This document shows positions 26,756 to 36,398 of a DNA stretch of 38,034 nt, piece after piece; position 1 is the first letter of the stretch; every line of letters begins with the position of its first letter. The notes below the pieces were generated by a model, which worked only from the letters and a program-made list of their open reading frames with translations, was not told where the DNA came from and ran no database searches. Source of the DNA: Chloroflexota bacterium. Lineage in GTDB: Bacteria; Chloroflexota; Dehalococcoidia; Lucifugimonadales; UBA3495. Where the stretch lies: positions 1 to 38,034 of the forward strand of contig JAQBVF010000032.1 of assembly GCA_027623675.1 (NCBI GenBank), written 5' to 3'. Both the position numbers and the translations under genes were made by a program.

Positions 26756-26928
26756 CGCCGATCGCCTTAAACGGTTTCAGGAGTCCAGATTGAATACGAG
26801 CGGAGACTAGACAGAAAACGGTCTGCCTCTGGTATACTACTAACCGAGTCCCAACCACACCGGGGACTACCAGGGACAATGACTTGAAAGCCGGTCTTTC
26901 CAAGTTCAAAACCCCTGGAATGGATCGA

Positions 26929-27003
<75 letters not shown>

Positions 27004-27040
27004 AATCTTAAACCCCGGCTTTGAATCCCCTGTTGAAAAC

Positions 27041-27070
27041 AAAGGTCCCACTCGTGGGGCCTTTTTTATT
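27041..27070 (+). terminator. Intrinsic terminator after tRNA-Gly
   Basis: aaaggtcccac-tc-gtggggccttttttatt. Confidence 0.75.
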
Positions 27071-27427
27071 CTGCCGGGCAAGCTCCCCTTGGAGAAAGGC
27101 ATGGTTGTTGTCCGGGAGCCGCATATCTGCCGTTGGCACGCCCAAGACATGGTGTCCTGATAACCGACGGTGCCACGCTCGTGATCGCCCCCGATCAACA
27201 ACCGACAAGATGCCGGTCTCCGGTTAGTGAATGGCCACCTGGCGCTCCTCCGGACGCGGACAAAAAGTTACGACGATGGGCGACGAAGGCCAATGAACTC
27301 TCCCGCTGTACCGGCACCGATATTGCGGCTATAATCCCTGCCAGCCTTGGCCTGGACAGGCGTGACGCAAACGTTCAGACGGACCACTGGCTCAAACTTG
27401 AATACAGAACCTCAAGGGGGCTAACCC

Positions 27428-27877
27428 ATGCCACAGCGCACCCTGTGGATGCACGGCGTAAACATGCAGGTGGAATATCCCAACCGGCTGACCTCGGTCC
27501 GGGCCACCGGTCCATTCGCCCGTATCGAAGGCGCCCGGGGACAGAACACCTGGGTCCATTTCCCTCTGCCCACGCCCGCAGTCGTTGACGGCGTTAGGAT
27601 GAAGATCGAAGGGGCCTTCGTCAGCTTTCGCACCCGTGCCCACGCCTCGGTCCACGAGGTAATAATCTATGACGGCGAGTCCCGCATCACCGAATACATG
27701 GACCTGGACCTTAGGGGTGACCACCTGGAGCACCGGTTCGACGTCCCGGGCAACCCCGAGATCAACAAGGGCATCAACGTCACCCTGGGCGTTCGCTTCG
27801 ACGAGGCCGCGCCCGACGTTAGGTCGATGCAGATCGAGGTGATCGGCGTTGGCCTGGAGTATTCCGGCGGCGACTAG
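27428..27877 (+). CDS. Conserved beta-rich hypothetical protein (DUF6623-like, recalled resemblance)
   Basis: LWMHGVNMQVEYP and WVHFPLPTP motifs, AAGGGGG RBS. Confidence 0.65.
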   Translation: MPQRTLWMHGVNMQVEYPNRLTSVRATGPFARIEGARGQNTWVHFPLPTPAVVDGVRMKIEGAFVSFRTRAHASVHEVIIYDGESRITEYMDLDLRGDHLEHRFDVPGNPEINKGINVTLGVRFDEAAPDVRSMQIEVIGVGLEYSGGD

Positions 27878-27933
27878 ACCGCGTTCACTTGCCCGGACTG
27901 GACGAAACTCAGGCTCGATCGGAGGATTCACGG

Positions 27934-29430
27934 ATGGCGGCGACGCAGACAAAAACCTACCAGAACTACATCGGTGGCAAGTGGGTCGATTCAGTGACCG
28001 GCAGGACCTACCAAGTTCACAACCCAGCCAGAACGGGCCAGGTCGTGGGCGAGTTCCAGACCTCGGGCGCGGAAGACGCTCTGCAGGCCGTGGCATCCGC
28101 CAAAGGAGGCTTGGCCGTCTGGGCCAACACCCCGGCCCCGGCCCGCGCCGCCATCATCTATAAGGCCATGGAGATCATGGGACGCCGCGCGGAGGAACTG
28201 GCCGAAACCATCACCATCGAAGAGGGCAAACCCATCGCCGACGCCCGGGGCGAGATCAAACGGGCCATGAACATCATGGAATACGCCGCCGGCGAGGGCC
28301 GCCGCATGTTCGGCTACACCACCCCGTCCGAACTGCCCAACACCGTGGCCTACACCGTCCGCCGCCCGCTGGGAGTGGTGGGCATCATCACCCCTTGGAA
28401 CTTCCCAATGGCCATTCCTGCCTGGAAGATCGCCCCCGCCCTCATCTGTGGCAACGCCCTGGTCTTCAAGCCGGCCTCCGCAACGCCCCTGAGCGCGGTG
28501 AAACTGGCCGAGATCTACGAAGAAGCGGGCCTGCCCGCCGGCGTGCTGAACCTGGTAACCGGACCGGGCGGCCAGGTGGGGAACGCCCTGGTGGAGAGTC
28601 CCGACGTTAAAGGGATCTCCTTCACCGGCTCCACCGAGGTCGGGACCGAGCTATACGCCGAGAGCGCCAAGCGGCTGAAGAAGGTCCAGGCCGAGATGGG
28701 CGGCAAGAACGCGGTGATCGTGCTATCCGACGCCGACATGGACAAGGCCCTGGGCGGCATCGTGCAGGGCGCGTTCGGCTCCACCGGGCAGCGCTGTACC
28801 GCCACCAGCCGGGTCATCGTGGAGGAAGCCGTCTACGACGAGTTCATCGCCGAGCTCGTCGACCGCACCAGCAAGCTCAAGGTGGGAGACGGCATCTACC
28901 CGGCGAACGACGTTGCTCCACTCTCCAGCCAGAACCAGAAGGACAAGGTGCTGGAGTACATCGGCGTCGGGACGGAAGAGGGCGCCCACCTGGCCTTTGG
29001 CGGCCGGGCGCTGAGCGGCGGCGACTTTGACCAGGGTTATTATGTTGAGCCGACCATCTTCACCGAAGTATCGACCGGAATGCGCATCGCCAAAGAAGAG
29101 ATCTTCGGCCCGGTGTTGACCGTCTTCAAGGCCAGGGACCTGAAAGAGGCCATCGAGATCTCCAACTCGGTGGAGTTCGGCCTGTCTTCCTCGGTCTATA
29201 CCAAAGACATCACCAAAGCCTATCAATACATCAACACTGTGGAGACCGGGATGGTCCACGTGAACGCATCCACCCTGGGCGGCGAGGTGCACCTCCCCTT
29301 CGGAGGGCTGGGCGCATCGGGCGTTGGAGCGCGGGAACAGGGCACCGCGGCCGTGGACTTCTTCACCGAGGTTATCACCGTCTACATCGACCACGCCGCC
29401 GAAGCCACCGAGCGCGCCCGGTTCATTTAG
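27934..29430 (+). CDS. NAD(P)-dependent aldehyde dehydrogenase (KGSADH-like)
   Basis: ITPWNFP, FTGSTEVG, EMGGKN, GQRCT, EEIFGP and PFGG motifs. GGAGG RBS. Confidence 0.93.
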   Translation: MAATQTKTYQNYIGGKWVDSVTGRTYQVHNPARTGQVVGEFQTSGAEDALQAVASAKGGLAVWANTPAPARAAIIYKAMEIMGRRAEELAETITIEEGKPIADARGEIKRAMNIMEYAAGEGRRMFGYTTPSELPNTVAYTVRRPLGVVGIITPWNFPMAIPAWKIAPALICGNALVFKPASATPLSAVKLAEIYEEAGLPAGVLNLVTGPGGQVGNALVESPDVKGISFTGSTEVGTELYAESAKRLKKVQAEMGGKNAVIVLSDADMDKALGGIVQGAFGSTGQRCTATSRVIVEEAVYDEFIAELVDRTSKLKVGDGIYPANDVAPLSSQNQKDKVLEYIGVGTEEGAHLAFGGRALSGGDFDQGYYVEPTIFTEVSTGMRIAKEEIFGPVLTVFKARDLKEAIEISNSVEFGLSSSVYTKDITKAYQYINTVETGMVHVNASTLGGEVHLPFGGLGASGVGAREQGTAAVDFFTEVITVYIDHAAEATERARFI

Positions 29431-29451
29431 CCGGGTGGCGATGTCCGATAG

Positions 29452-29480
29452 AAAAAGGGCGGGTTTGATACCGCCTTTTT
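29452..29480. terminator. Bidirectional intrinsic terminator
   Basis: aaaaagggcgg-gtttgata-ccgccttttt. Confidence 0.7.
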
Positions 29481-29554
29481 CAGTCCGCAGGAACCGGATT
29501 GGTTCCCTTTTTATGATTAAGTAATAATCGAGATTTCGGAGACGCCGCCCCGCC

Positions 29555-29953
29555 CTAAAGAGGCTCCCGGTGGGCGAACCCACGGTCGGTGTCGTGCCAG
29601 AAGCCGATCTCGAATTCACCGCGTATCCAGCAGAGATGGACCTCACGTCCCTCGCGCAGCGAGGGAAAATCCACCAGACCCTTCTCAACCTGCCGGACGA
29701 TGATACCCCGGTCCAATATCTCTTCGACCCCATCCTCGATCTGCTGGACCAGCCGGTCGGCGGTCGCTTTGGCTAGCGCGGATTCATCGCCGTTTCCAGT
29801 GTCTGCTTCGGCACCGGAGCCTTGGACGGCCTCGCTCAGGCGTTCCTGTAGGGAGGCATATTCTCCGCGGAAACGGTCCAACCTCTGGAATGTTTCCTCC
29901 AGCCACGGAAGCATCGAATTAGCTTCTTCCAATGTGAACATGTCGTCTTGCAT
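29555..29953 (-). CDS. DUF2203 family protein
   Basis: FTLEEAN.MLP, GLVDFP, LCW..GE..IGFWH and GFAHREPL motifs. Confidence 0.85.
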   Translation of the reverse strand: MQDDMFTLEEANSMLPWLEETFQRLDRFRGEYASLQERLSEAVQGSGAEADTGNGDESALAKATADRLVQQIEDGVEEILDRGIIVRQVEKGLVDFPSLREGREVHLCWIRGEFEIGFWHDTDRGFAHREPL

Positions 29954-30156
29954 ATCAGGTCATACTTTAGCCCATAAGCCTGCGCCGGCAAAGGGGGGCG
30001 CCAGCCGGGTTGGGTGAATCCCCTGTTTTTCCCTCATCGGCTATTCAAGCACCTCTATTTATTAAGCGCTCGGACCCACCTTGGCAGGCTGATGGCGTAC
30101 AATGACTGCCACCAAGCAACCTCAACACCCCGCAAACCATACGATCGGGAGTAGAC

Positions 30157-30543
30157 ATGCCTATAGTCGACCATAGCCACGTGCCTGAAGTGCCCTGGCG
30201 TCCCGGCTACCGCAAATGGGACGTCACCCTGAAAGAGCATGGCGTTTCGACATCCCTAAGTTTGAACACCGCCGAGCCGGGAACCGGCGCCCCGCTGCAC
30301 ACCCACGTGATCGATGAATTGATCATGATCATGGATGGCACGCTGGAGGTGCGCGTTGAAGGCGAAACCCACACAGTGGGGAAGGGCCACACCCTGGTTA
30401 TTCCACCGGGCGTGGAGCACGGCTTCAAGGTGGTCGGCGGAAAAACCGCCGAACTGATCGTGGTCTTTCCCAACATGGACCCATACTCGCCCGAGAACAC
30501 CACTTACCTGGAGGGCAGCCGTCCCGGCTCAGCCAATAGCTGA
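30157..30543 (+). CDS. Cupin domain protein
   Basis: PLHTH..DE...MDG and IPPGVEHG motifs. Confidence 0.88.
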   Translation: MPIVDHSHVPEVPWRPGYRKWDVTLKEHGVSTSLSLNTAEPGTGAPLHTHVIDELIMIMDGTLEVRVEGETHTVGKGHTLVIPPGVEHGFKVVGGKTAELIVVFPNMDPYSPENTTYLEGSRPGSANS

Positions 30544-30565
30544 ACCGGACACCGCAGACCAAGAT

Positions 30566-31453
30566 TTGAATCAAACCAAGACTGACAAGAACCTGTTCCA
30601 GCCGGGAGACCTGGCCCTGCTGATCGACCGAAAGGCCCGCCGCTACATGATAACCCTGGCCGACGGCGAGACCTACCATTGCCACCTCGGGCGGTTGGAG
30701 CACGACCAACTGATCGGGGGCAGCATCGGCGGCTGGTACCGGACCGACAAGAGCCATGTGCTGCTGGCGGTGCGCCCGACCCTGGGCGACTTTGTGCGCC
30801 AGATGCCCCGCGGCCCCCAGATCATCTACCCCAAAGACCTGGGCAACATCGTGAATCTGGCCGATATATTCCCCGGAGCCACCGTTGTCGAGGGCGGCCT
30901 GGGCTCGGGCGCTCTGACCGCCGCGCTGCTCCGTGCGGTGGGGAGCACCGGCCGGGTGATTAACTATGAGATCGACGAAACAGTGTTGCCCAAGGCCAAG
31001 CGAAACATCGAACGAGTCATTCCCGACGTCTCCAACCTTGAGATCAAGATCGGCAATATCTACGAGGGCATCTCGGAGCGCGGTGTCGATCGGGTGGTCC
31101 TAGACGTTCCGGAGCCGTGGCATGCGATTCCAGGCATCGCCGACGCGTTGACGATGGGTGGGATACTGCTTAGTTTCGTGCCCACCATCCTCCAGGTGCA
31201 GCGCTTGGTGTTGGCCCTGCAGGAAGATGGCCGGTTCCAGATGGTCGAGTCGTTGGAAACCTTGCTGCGGACCTGGCATGTCACGGAACGGAGCGTTCGG
31301 CCCGACCACCGGATGGTGGCCCACAGTGGTTTCCTCACCACCGCGGTCCGCTGCGAGCCCAGGCCCAGCGGCCGGGTGCGGTCTGAAATTGGACCGGAAA
31401 CAGAATCCCAACCGGAACCACCGGAAGACGATCTGCCCCAAGAACCGGAGTAA
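30566..31453 (+). CDS. trmI: tRNA (adenine58-N1)-methyltransferase
   Basis: QIIYPKD, EGGLGSGAL, LDVPEPW and RPDHRMVAHSGFL motifs. Confidence 0.9.
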   Translation: MNQTKTDKNLFQPGDLALLIDRKARRYMITLADGETYHCHLGRLEHDQLIGGSIGGWYRTDKSHVLLAVRPTLGDFVRQMPRGPQIIYPKDLGNIVNLADIFPGATVVEGGLGSGALTAALLRAVGSTGRVINYEIDETVLPKAKRNIERVIPDVSNLEIKIGNIYEGISERGVDRVVLDVPEPWHAIPGIADALTMGGILLSFVPTILQVQRLVLALQEDGRFQMVESLETLLRTWHVTERSVRPDHRMVAHSGFLTTAVRCEPRPSGRVRSEIGPETESQPEPPEDDLPQEPE

Positions 31454-31554
31454 CCGGACCGCGATGGGTGTGATGAGTAGACAGCACGAAAGCCATCGCA
31501 GTAGGGCCAAGCGACGTATCTAGCCCCCTAGTCATATCCCTAGGGATGACTGGC

Positions 31555-34500
31555 TCAGTTTCGCCGCCGGACCACCACCAGGCCCAGCAAGCCGGCCAAC
31601 ATGGCCACCAGGCTGAGTTCCACTTTCCCCCCATCGCGTCCCGGCCTGGAGCATGAACCGCCATTCCCAACGGGCGCTGCCGTGGCCTGAGCCTCCATGG
31701 TCGGCGTTGGCGTCGGCGCCGGCTGTGGCGCGGCGGTGGGCACGGTAGTTGCGCCCATGGGAATGGCGGTTGCAACCGGCGTCATGGTCGCGGCGGGAGC
31801 CGGTGCCGCCGTGGACGGTACCGCCGTTGCCTGGATCGGCGTTGGTTTAGGTGTTGGCACCGGCGTTGATTCGATCAAAGACGGCGCGGTGCTGCCAACC
31901 GGCGCGGCGTCTGACATCTCGGAGGTGTTCCCGTCGTTCGCTATGGCCAGCGCGGTGATGGATCCTCCCGCCGCCAAGCCAAGGGCGGCAGCATTGCTCA
32001 GATTGGCGATGCCGGTCCCGCTGGCAAAGTCATCCTCGGTGAAGAGTACCGTGCCCAGGGCGGTTTGGCCCTCGCGGGCGGACCCGGCGGCGAAGAATTC
32101 GATCTTCAATGGGTAGGCGGAATTACCCGGGTCCGAATCTACCTTGTATTCGATGATTAGGTCCCCGGCCGAGTCGATCTCCGCCGAAGCCACCTCCGGG
32201 TAGTTCTGGACCGTGTCGGCGTCGCCGGGGTCGTTGGCAGCCCTTCCTTGAGCTCCGATGTCCACGCCCAGCCCTCCGTTGCCCGATATGGTGTTGCCGG
32301 ATATAACGGTCCCCACCGGTGATTCCACCGCTATACCCGCGCCCATATTGTCCGAAGCGGTGTTGCCGGTGATCTCGGCGGTGGCGTTGCCGGTCACTCG
32401 TATGCCTGCGCCGGTGTTGCCGGTGACCGTGTTTCCTTTGACGGCGGCGAACCCGCCGTTTTGGACCAAGACCCCGTCACCATTCCCGGATATATCGCTG
32501 TTGTTCTCGATGGTTGCCGTGCCGTTGTCCACCAATATTCCAGCGGTCTTGTTCTTTGTGACTGTGTTGCCGCTGATGGTTGCCGTGCCTTTGTTCTTGA
32601 CCCAGATGCCCACGTCGTTGTTAGTGAAAACGTCGCCGTCGATCGTCGCATCCGCCCCATTCAGGACTAGGCCTTGCCGGTTGTCATGGACCGTGTTCGC
32701 GTTTTCGCTGAAGTGGAGTTTGAACCCGGTGCTCACTTCGATGCCCTGGTCATTGCCGCCGATGTCGGTCCCGTCGATATCCACGGTGAATGACTTGTCG
32801 CCCGAGGCATTGGAGGCGCCAAAGGATAGGCCCAAGCCGAAGTTGTCCCGGACCCGCGAACCATCCATGGTAACGTCGTAACGCGCGTTCACTCCCCCGG
32901 TGAACACAGCGCCGTCGCCTATACCCCCGGAAAGGTCAACATTTGCAAAATCCCAGGTGACCGACCCGGAGCCACTGGCTTCGAACTTGCCGTTAAAGAG
33001 TCCGTTTCTCAGCAGGGCATCCCCGTTTAGAGCAATCTTGATGTTTTCTCCCAGGTTGGTGTTGTAATTAACCAGCAGCCCGCCCTGGGAGTTGTCTTGG
33101 ATCGTGTTGTTATCCGAATCGAACGAGACGTCGCCATCAAGCATCCAGGAAGCCCCGAAGCCGCCTCCGGAGATGAACGACCCTCTCGTTCCCCAATTTC
33201 CAACCACGTTGGCGGTGGCGGTGGCCGTGATGCCCCGGTTCAGCCCGATCAGGGTGCTTCCGGATATGTTGGCGTTCAAAGTGATTGGCTCGCCAAGGAG
33301 CGTCGTGCCTGCCTTGATGTCGATCCCCACATCCGCGGCGGCTTCAGCGAAATCCAGGTTGGTGACGTTCAGGTTATTCACGTTGATCGCGCCGCCCGTC
33401 TTGAGGGTGAGGTCGACGGTTGTGCCCGAGTAGTCCTTGCCGAGGGTGAAGATGTTGTCGACCAGGTTGATATCAACCTCGCCTTTGCCGTCGGTGTCGA
33501 GATTGAACTTCACGTCTTCGCCGATGTTGCCGTTCATGATTAAAGTGATGTTCTTCCCGGCCTCGGCCGTGGCATCCACGTTTACCCTCACGCTGGCCAG
33601 TTCGCCGTTCAGCAGGGATAGGTTGGCCTTGGCGGTGCCCGAGATGCTCGTCTGGTCCAACTTGAGGCCGTCCAGGAGCGTGACGCCCGAGTCATTCAGC
33701 GCGACCGCGTTCTCAAAACCTTCAAAAGCGAGTCCTTTGATCAGGGTGATCCAATCTGGCGACAGGGACATGGCGGAGGTGATGCCCGGTGTAACCGCCT
33801 TGATCAGGATATTCCGGACCGCGTTAGAGGCAAGGTTGGCCGGGTTGGTGTTGGCCTTGGAACCGGCCTGGCTGAAACCGTCGATCAACAGCGTGTCGAC
33901 CAGCGGGTTGCCGGTGGTTCCGGCGATAGGGGCCAGGTCAACCAGGCTGAAGTACAGCGGCTCATTAAGTATCACCGAGTGAGGCCCTGGGCCCGGGATC
34001 GCGAATTTGATGGTGTGCCCCGGCCCGGAGGCGTTCAAGGCTTCCCTCAGGGTGCAGTTCTCATCGCACACGCCGTCGTCCCCATCAACGGTGACGGTTA
34101 CGGAATGGACCTTGGGGTCGCTGGACACCGGAGGCGGGGTGGCGGTTGGCCCCGGTGTTGCGCCCGTAATCGGCGTGGGAACCGGCGAGGGAGTAGGCGT
34201 CGGAACCGGCGTGGCGGTGGGTTCGGGCGATGCGGAAGGGATAGTTAGGCTAACCCCGTACGTGATCGATTGTCCCGATAACTCACCGGCGGCGCCCATC
34301 ACATAGGTAGCCGTGAGCGCACCGCTGGAGTCGATCGTTCCACTCATCACCACGGTGACGTCGGGGGTTCCGGCGACGGTGCCGGTCCCGGTGGCGGTGA
34401 ACGAGCCATCGCCGCTGATCCCACCGCTGACATTCACCCAGCTGGTGGGGGGTGTGCCGTTCAGGACGATGCTTCCGCTGGATACGGTTACGTTCAGGCC

Positions 34501-34773
34501 CAGCGACGAGGGCATACCAATGAATTCTGCGTGGCCGGCCGGGTCGGAACTGACCGTGATGATGGTCGTGTAAGTGCCGCTTGAATCCTCGATAGACTGC
34601 GGCCGGGGGTTGATATCCGCGGCCGGGTTATCTTGGGCACGCGCTCCGGCGTTGGCGAGGCTCGAGTTGAACACAACCCACGCCAGAGCCCCAGCCAGCA
34701 TCAGTGTGATTAAACCCAGCGCCGTGGCTCTAAGGTTGTTCGAGAGGTGTATCTGTGCTGGTTTCCAGTTCAA
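31555..34773 (-). CDS. Large surface protein: CSLREA-like domain, right-handed beta-helix repeats, C-terminal GGSCS-TM-RRR anchor
   Basis: Signal peptide, DGVCDENCTLREA, repeats of ATISGNTVTKN/AGI.V, QNYP motif, Pro/Thr linkers, and C-terminus GGSCS...LLGLVVVRRRN. Confidence 0.85.
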   Translation of the reverse strand: MNWKPAQIHLSNNLRATALGLITLMLAGALAWVVFNSSLANAGARAQDNPAADINPRPQSIEDSSGTYTTIITVSSDPAGHAEFIGMPSSLGLNVTVSSGSIVLNGTPPTSWVNVSGGISGDGSFTATGTGTVAGTPDVTVVMSGTIDSSGALTATYVMGAAGELSGQSITYGVSLTIPSASPEPTATPVPTPTPSPVPTPITGATPGPTATPPPVSSDPKVHSVTVTVDGDDGVCDENCTLREALNASGPGHTIKFAIPGPGPHSVILNEPLYFSLVDLAPIAGTTGNPLVDTLLIDGFSQAGSKANTNPANLASNAVRNILIKAVTPGITSAMSLSPDWITLIKGLAFEGFENAVALNDSGVTLLDGLKLDQTSISGTAKANLSLLNGELASVRVNVDATAEAGKNITLIMNGNIGEDVKFNLDTDGKGEVDINLVDNIFTLGKDYSGTTVDLTLKTGGAINVNNLNVTNLDFAEAAADVGIDIKAGTTLLGEPITLNANISGSTLIGLNRGITATATANVVGNWGTRGSFISGGGFGASWMLDGDVSFDSDNNTIQDNSQGGLLVNYNTNLGENIKIALNGDALLRNGLFNGKFEASGSGSVTWDFANVDLSGGIGDGAVFTGGVNARYDVTMDGSRVRDNFGLGLSFGASNASGDKSFTVDIDGTDIGGNDQGIEVSTGFKLHFSENANTVHDNRQGLVLNGADATIDGDVFTNNDVGIWVKNKGTATISGNTVTKNKTAGILVDNGTATIENNSDISGNGDGVLVQNGGFAAVKGNTVTGNTGAGIRVTGNATAEITGNTASDNMGAGIAVESPVGTVISGNTISGNGGLGVDIGAQGRAANDPGDADTVQNYPEVASAEIDSAGDLIIEYKVDSDPGNSAYPLKIEFFAAGSAREGQTALGTVLFTEDDFASGTGIANLSNAAALGLAAGGSITALAIANDGNTSEMSDAAPVGSTAPSLIESTPVPTPKPTPIQATAVPSTAAPAPAATMTPVATAIPMGATTVPTAAPQPAPTPTPTMEAQATAAPVGNGGSCSRPGRDGGKVELSLVAMLAGLLGLVVVRRRN

Positions 34774-35030
34774 GGCTGGTTACTCCACACTTTGGCGCGT
34801 CCACCTGGTAAGCCTAGATACCATCGGACCCTCGTTGCGGGCTGATTCGTAGACGGTAACCTAATCGGATAGCAGATAACAACCAAATGGCAGCGGTATT
34901 ATTCTCATATCGAGACTATTCCTTGGCGTGCGCGTGGCCGTCGTCGCTGCCGCTGCCGCGACAGGCGACTGGCGGCAACGTCCCAACGATCAACGCCATG
35001 CTTAATGCAGCTTTAAGCCTTCGGAGGAGT

Positions 35031-36287
35031 CTAGGTGCCGCCGGTAGGGCTGGTATCGGAGAATGGCCAAAAAGCCTCGAATTCCACCTCGGCCCCAAGG
35101 TCTCGGCCGTCGGGCAAGGACAGGTGATGGCGGGTCAATGTGGGGACCGGCAAGTTGTAGATCAGGCTGGCAATCTCGGCGTCATTGCCCGGTGACCGCT
35201 CCAGACCCCATAAGGCCGGCCCAGCCACATTCTTGCCCTGGGCCAACACCTTGAATCCGCCCAGTCCATCAGGCCGGACCAGGTCCAACATCCCAGCCCG
35301 GTTGGCCTGCATCTGGCGTGGCGGCAGGTTGTTCTCCCTTAGCCGGTCGCGCAGGCGGTCAAGGTGCAGGTTCGACAGAAACTCCCGTTGGCTGACCAGT
35401 CCAAGGGATTCCAGACCGGCCATTTCTCCGGCGCGGGCGGCCGATGTGAAATCGACCTGGGCTGTGACGTCCTGGCTGCCGATCCGGGTCAGGGGGGCGT
35501 CGGTCTGGGTGTGTTGGTGGTAGGTGACCAAAGTTCCCCTGGGCCTTAACTCGAAGTCGTACAGGTCCCGGGCGGTGCGTCCATAGTCGATGGTTAGCAC
35601 GAAGCCCCGGTCAAGCGCCGCCGCGGTGTCTCGTGACCAGGCGTCAAGGGCCAGGTTGACCTCGGCGGTCTGGCCGTCGGCGAGGATGATGCCCAACCCT
35701 TCCAACCGCCCGGCCAGTCGCGGGTCCGACAGCTTCCCGGTCACCTCCACCAAACGTTCGCCAGCCAAGCCCACGTAGACCTCCCGAAGCCCTCCGGCGG
35801 CCATCACCACCTGGTGTACCGGAAATGCGTCGAGGCACTCATTGGAGAGGACGCAGCCCTGTAGTCCACGGAAGGGGATGCCGTTCGCCAAGACTCGGTT
35901 GGCTCCTGGCAGTCCGGATTCGATGGTCCCGGCTGACCGGCGGTCCAGGCAGATGTACTTCAAGGCGTCGGAGAAACCATCCGGCAGCAAGGCGGCGTGG
36001 GAGCAGATGTCCCGGCAGAGGAGTCCGTTGCCCGCGCCCGGCTCCAGCACGGTGAAGGGTGAAGGCCGCTCCATCACCCGCCACATCTGAAAGAGTTGTA
36101 CTGCCAACAGCGCCCCGAACGCGGGGTGGACCGCGGGGCTGGTGTAGTAGTCGCCGTGCGCGCCGATGGGCTCCCGGCCGGCGTAGTAGCCGCCCTGGGG
36201 CCAATAAAGAGCGACCTCCATGAACTCGGCAAATGTGATCTTGCCCCGTTCTTGGATGCGCCGTCTTACTTCTGATTCAGCAGTCAT
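35031..36287 (-). CDS. SAM-dependent methyltransferase, MidA/NDUFAF7 family
   Basis: FAEFMEVALY.P..GYY, DYYTSP, EPGAGNG, SNECLDAFP, IDYG and QDVTAQVDF motifs. Confidence 0.9.
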   Translation of the reverse strand: MTAESEVRRRIQERGKITFAEFMEVALYWPQGGYYAGREPIGAHGDYYTSPAVHPAFGALLAVQLFQMWRVMERPSPFTVLEPGAGNGLLCRDICSHAALLPDGFSDALKYICLDRRSAGTIESGLPGANRVLANGIPFRGLQGCVLSNECLDAFPVHQVVMAAGGLREVYVGLAGERLVEVTGKLSDPRLAGRLEGLGIILADGQTAEVNLALDAWSRDTAAALDRGFVLTIDYGRTARDLYDFELRPRGTLVTYHQHTQTDAPLTRIGSQDVTAQVDFTSAARAGEMAGLESLGLVSQREFLSNLHLDRLRDRLRENNLPPRQMQANRAGMLDLVRPDGLGGFKVLAQGKNVAGPALWGLERSPGNDAEIASLIYNLPVPTLTRHHLSLPDGRDLGAEVEFEAFWPFSDTSPTGGT

Positions 36288-36342
36288 GGTCTGCAGCCGG
36301 GGAACACGCTGGTCTGGGTGCGGGTCACGATGAGGCAGGGAT

Positions 36343-36377
36343 AAAAACGAAAGGGGCCGTCACGGCCCCTTTCGTTT
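36343..36377 (-). terminator. Intrinsic terminator after citrate synthase
   Basis: aaacgaaaggggcc-gtcac-ggcccctttcgttt, followed by a T-tract on the minus strand. Confidence 0.75.
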
Positions 36378-36398
36378 AACACTTGTTTGGTTCGACCT

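Noticed and set aside
27345..27392. c-di-GMP-I riboswitch (GACGCAAA)
   Set aside because: It lacks the upstream GGCAAA, the GNRA tetraloop and a convincing receptor stem.
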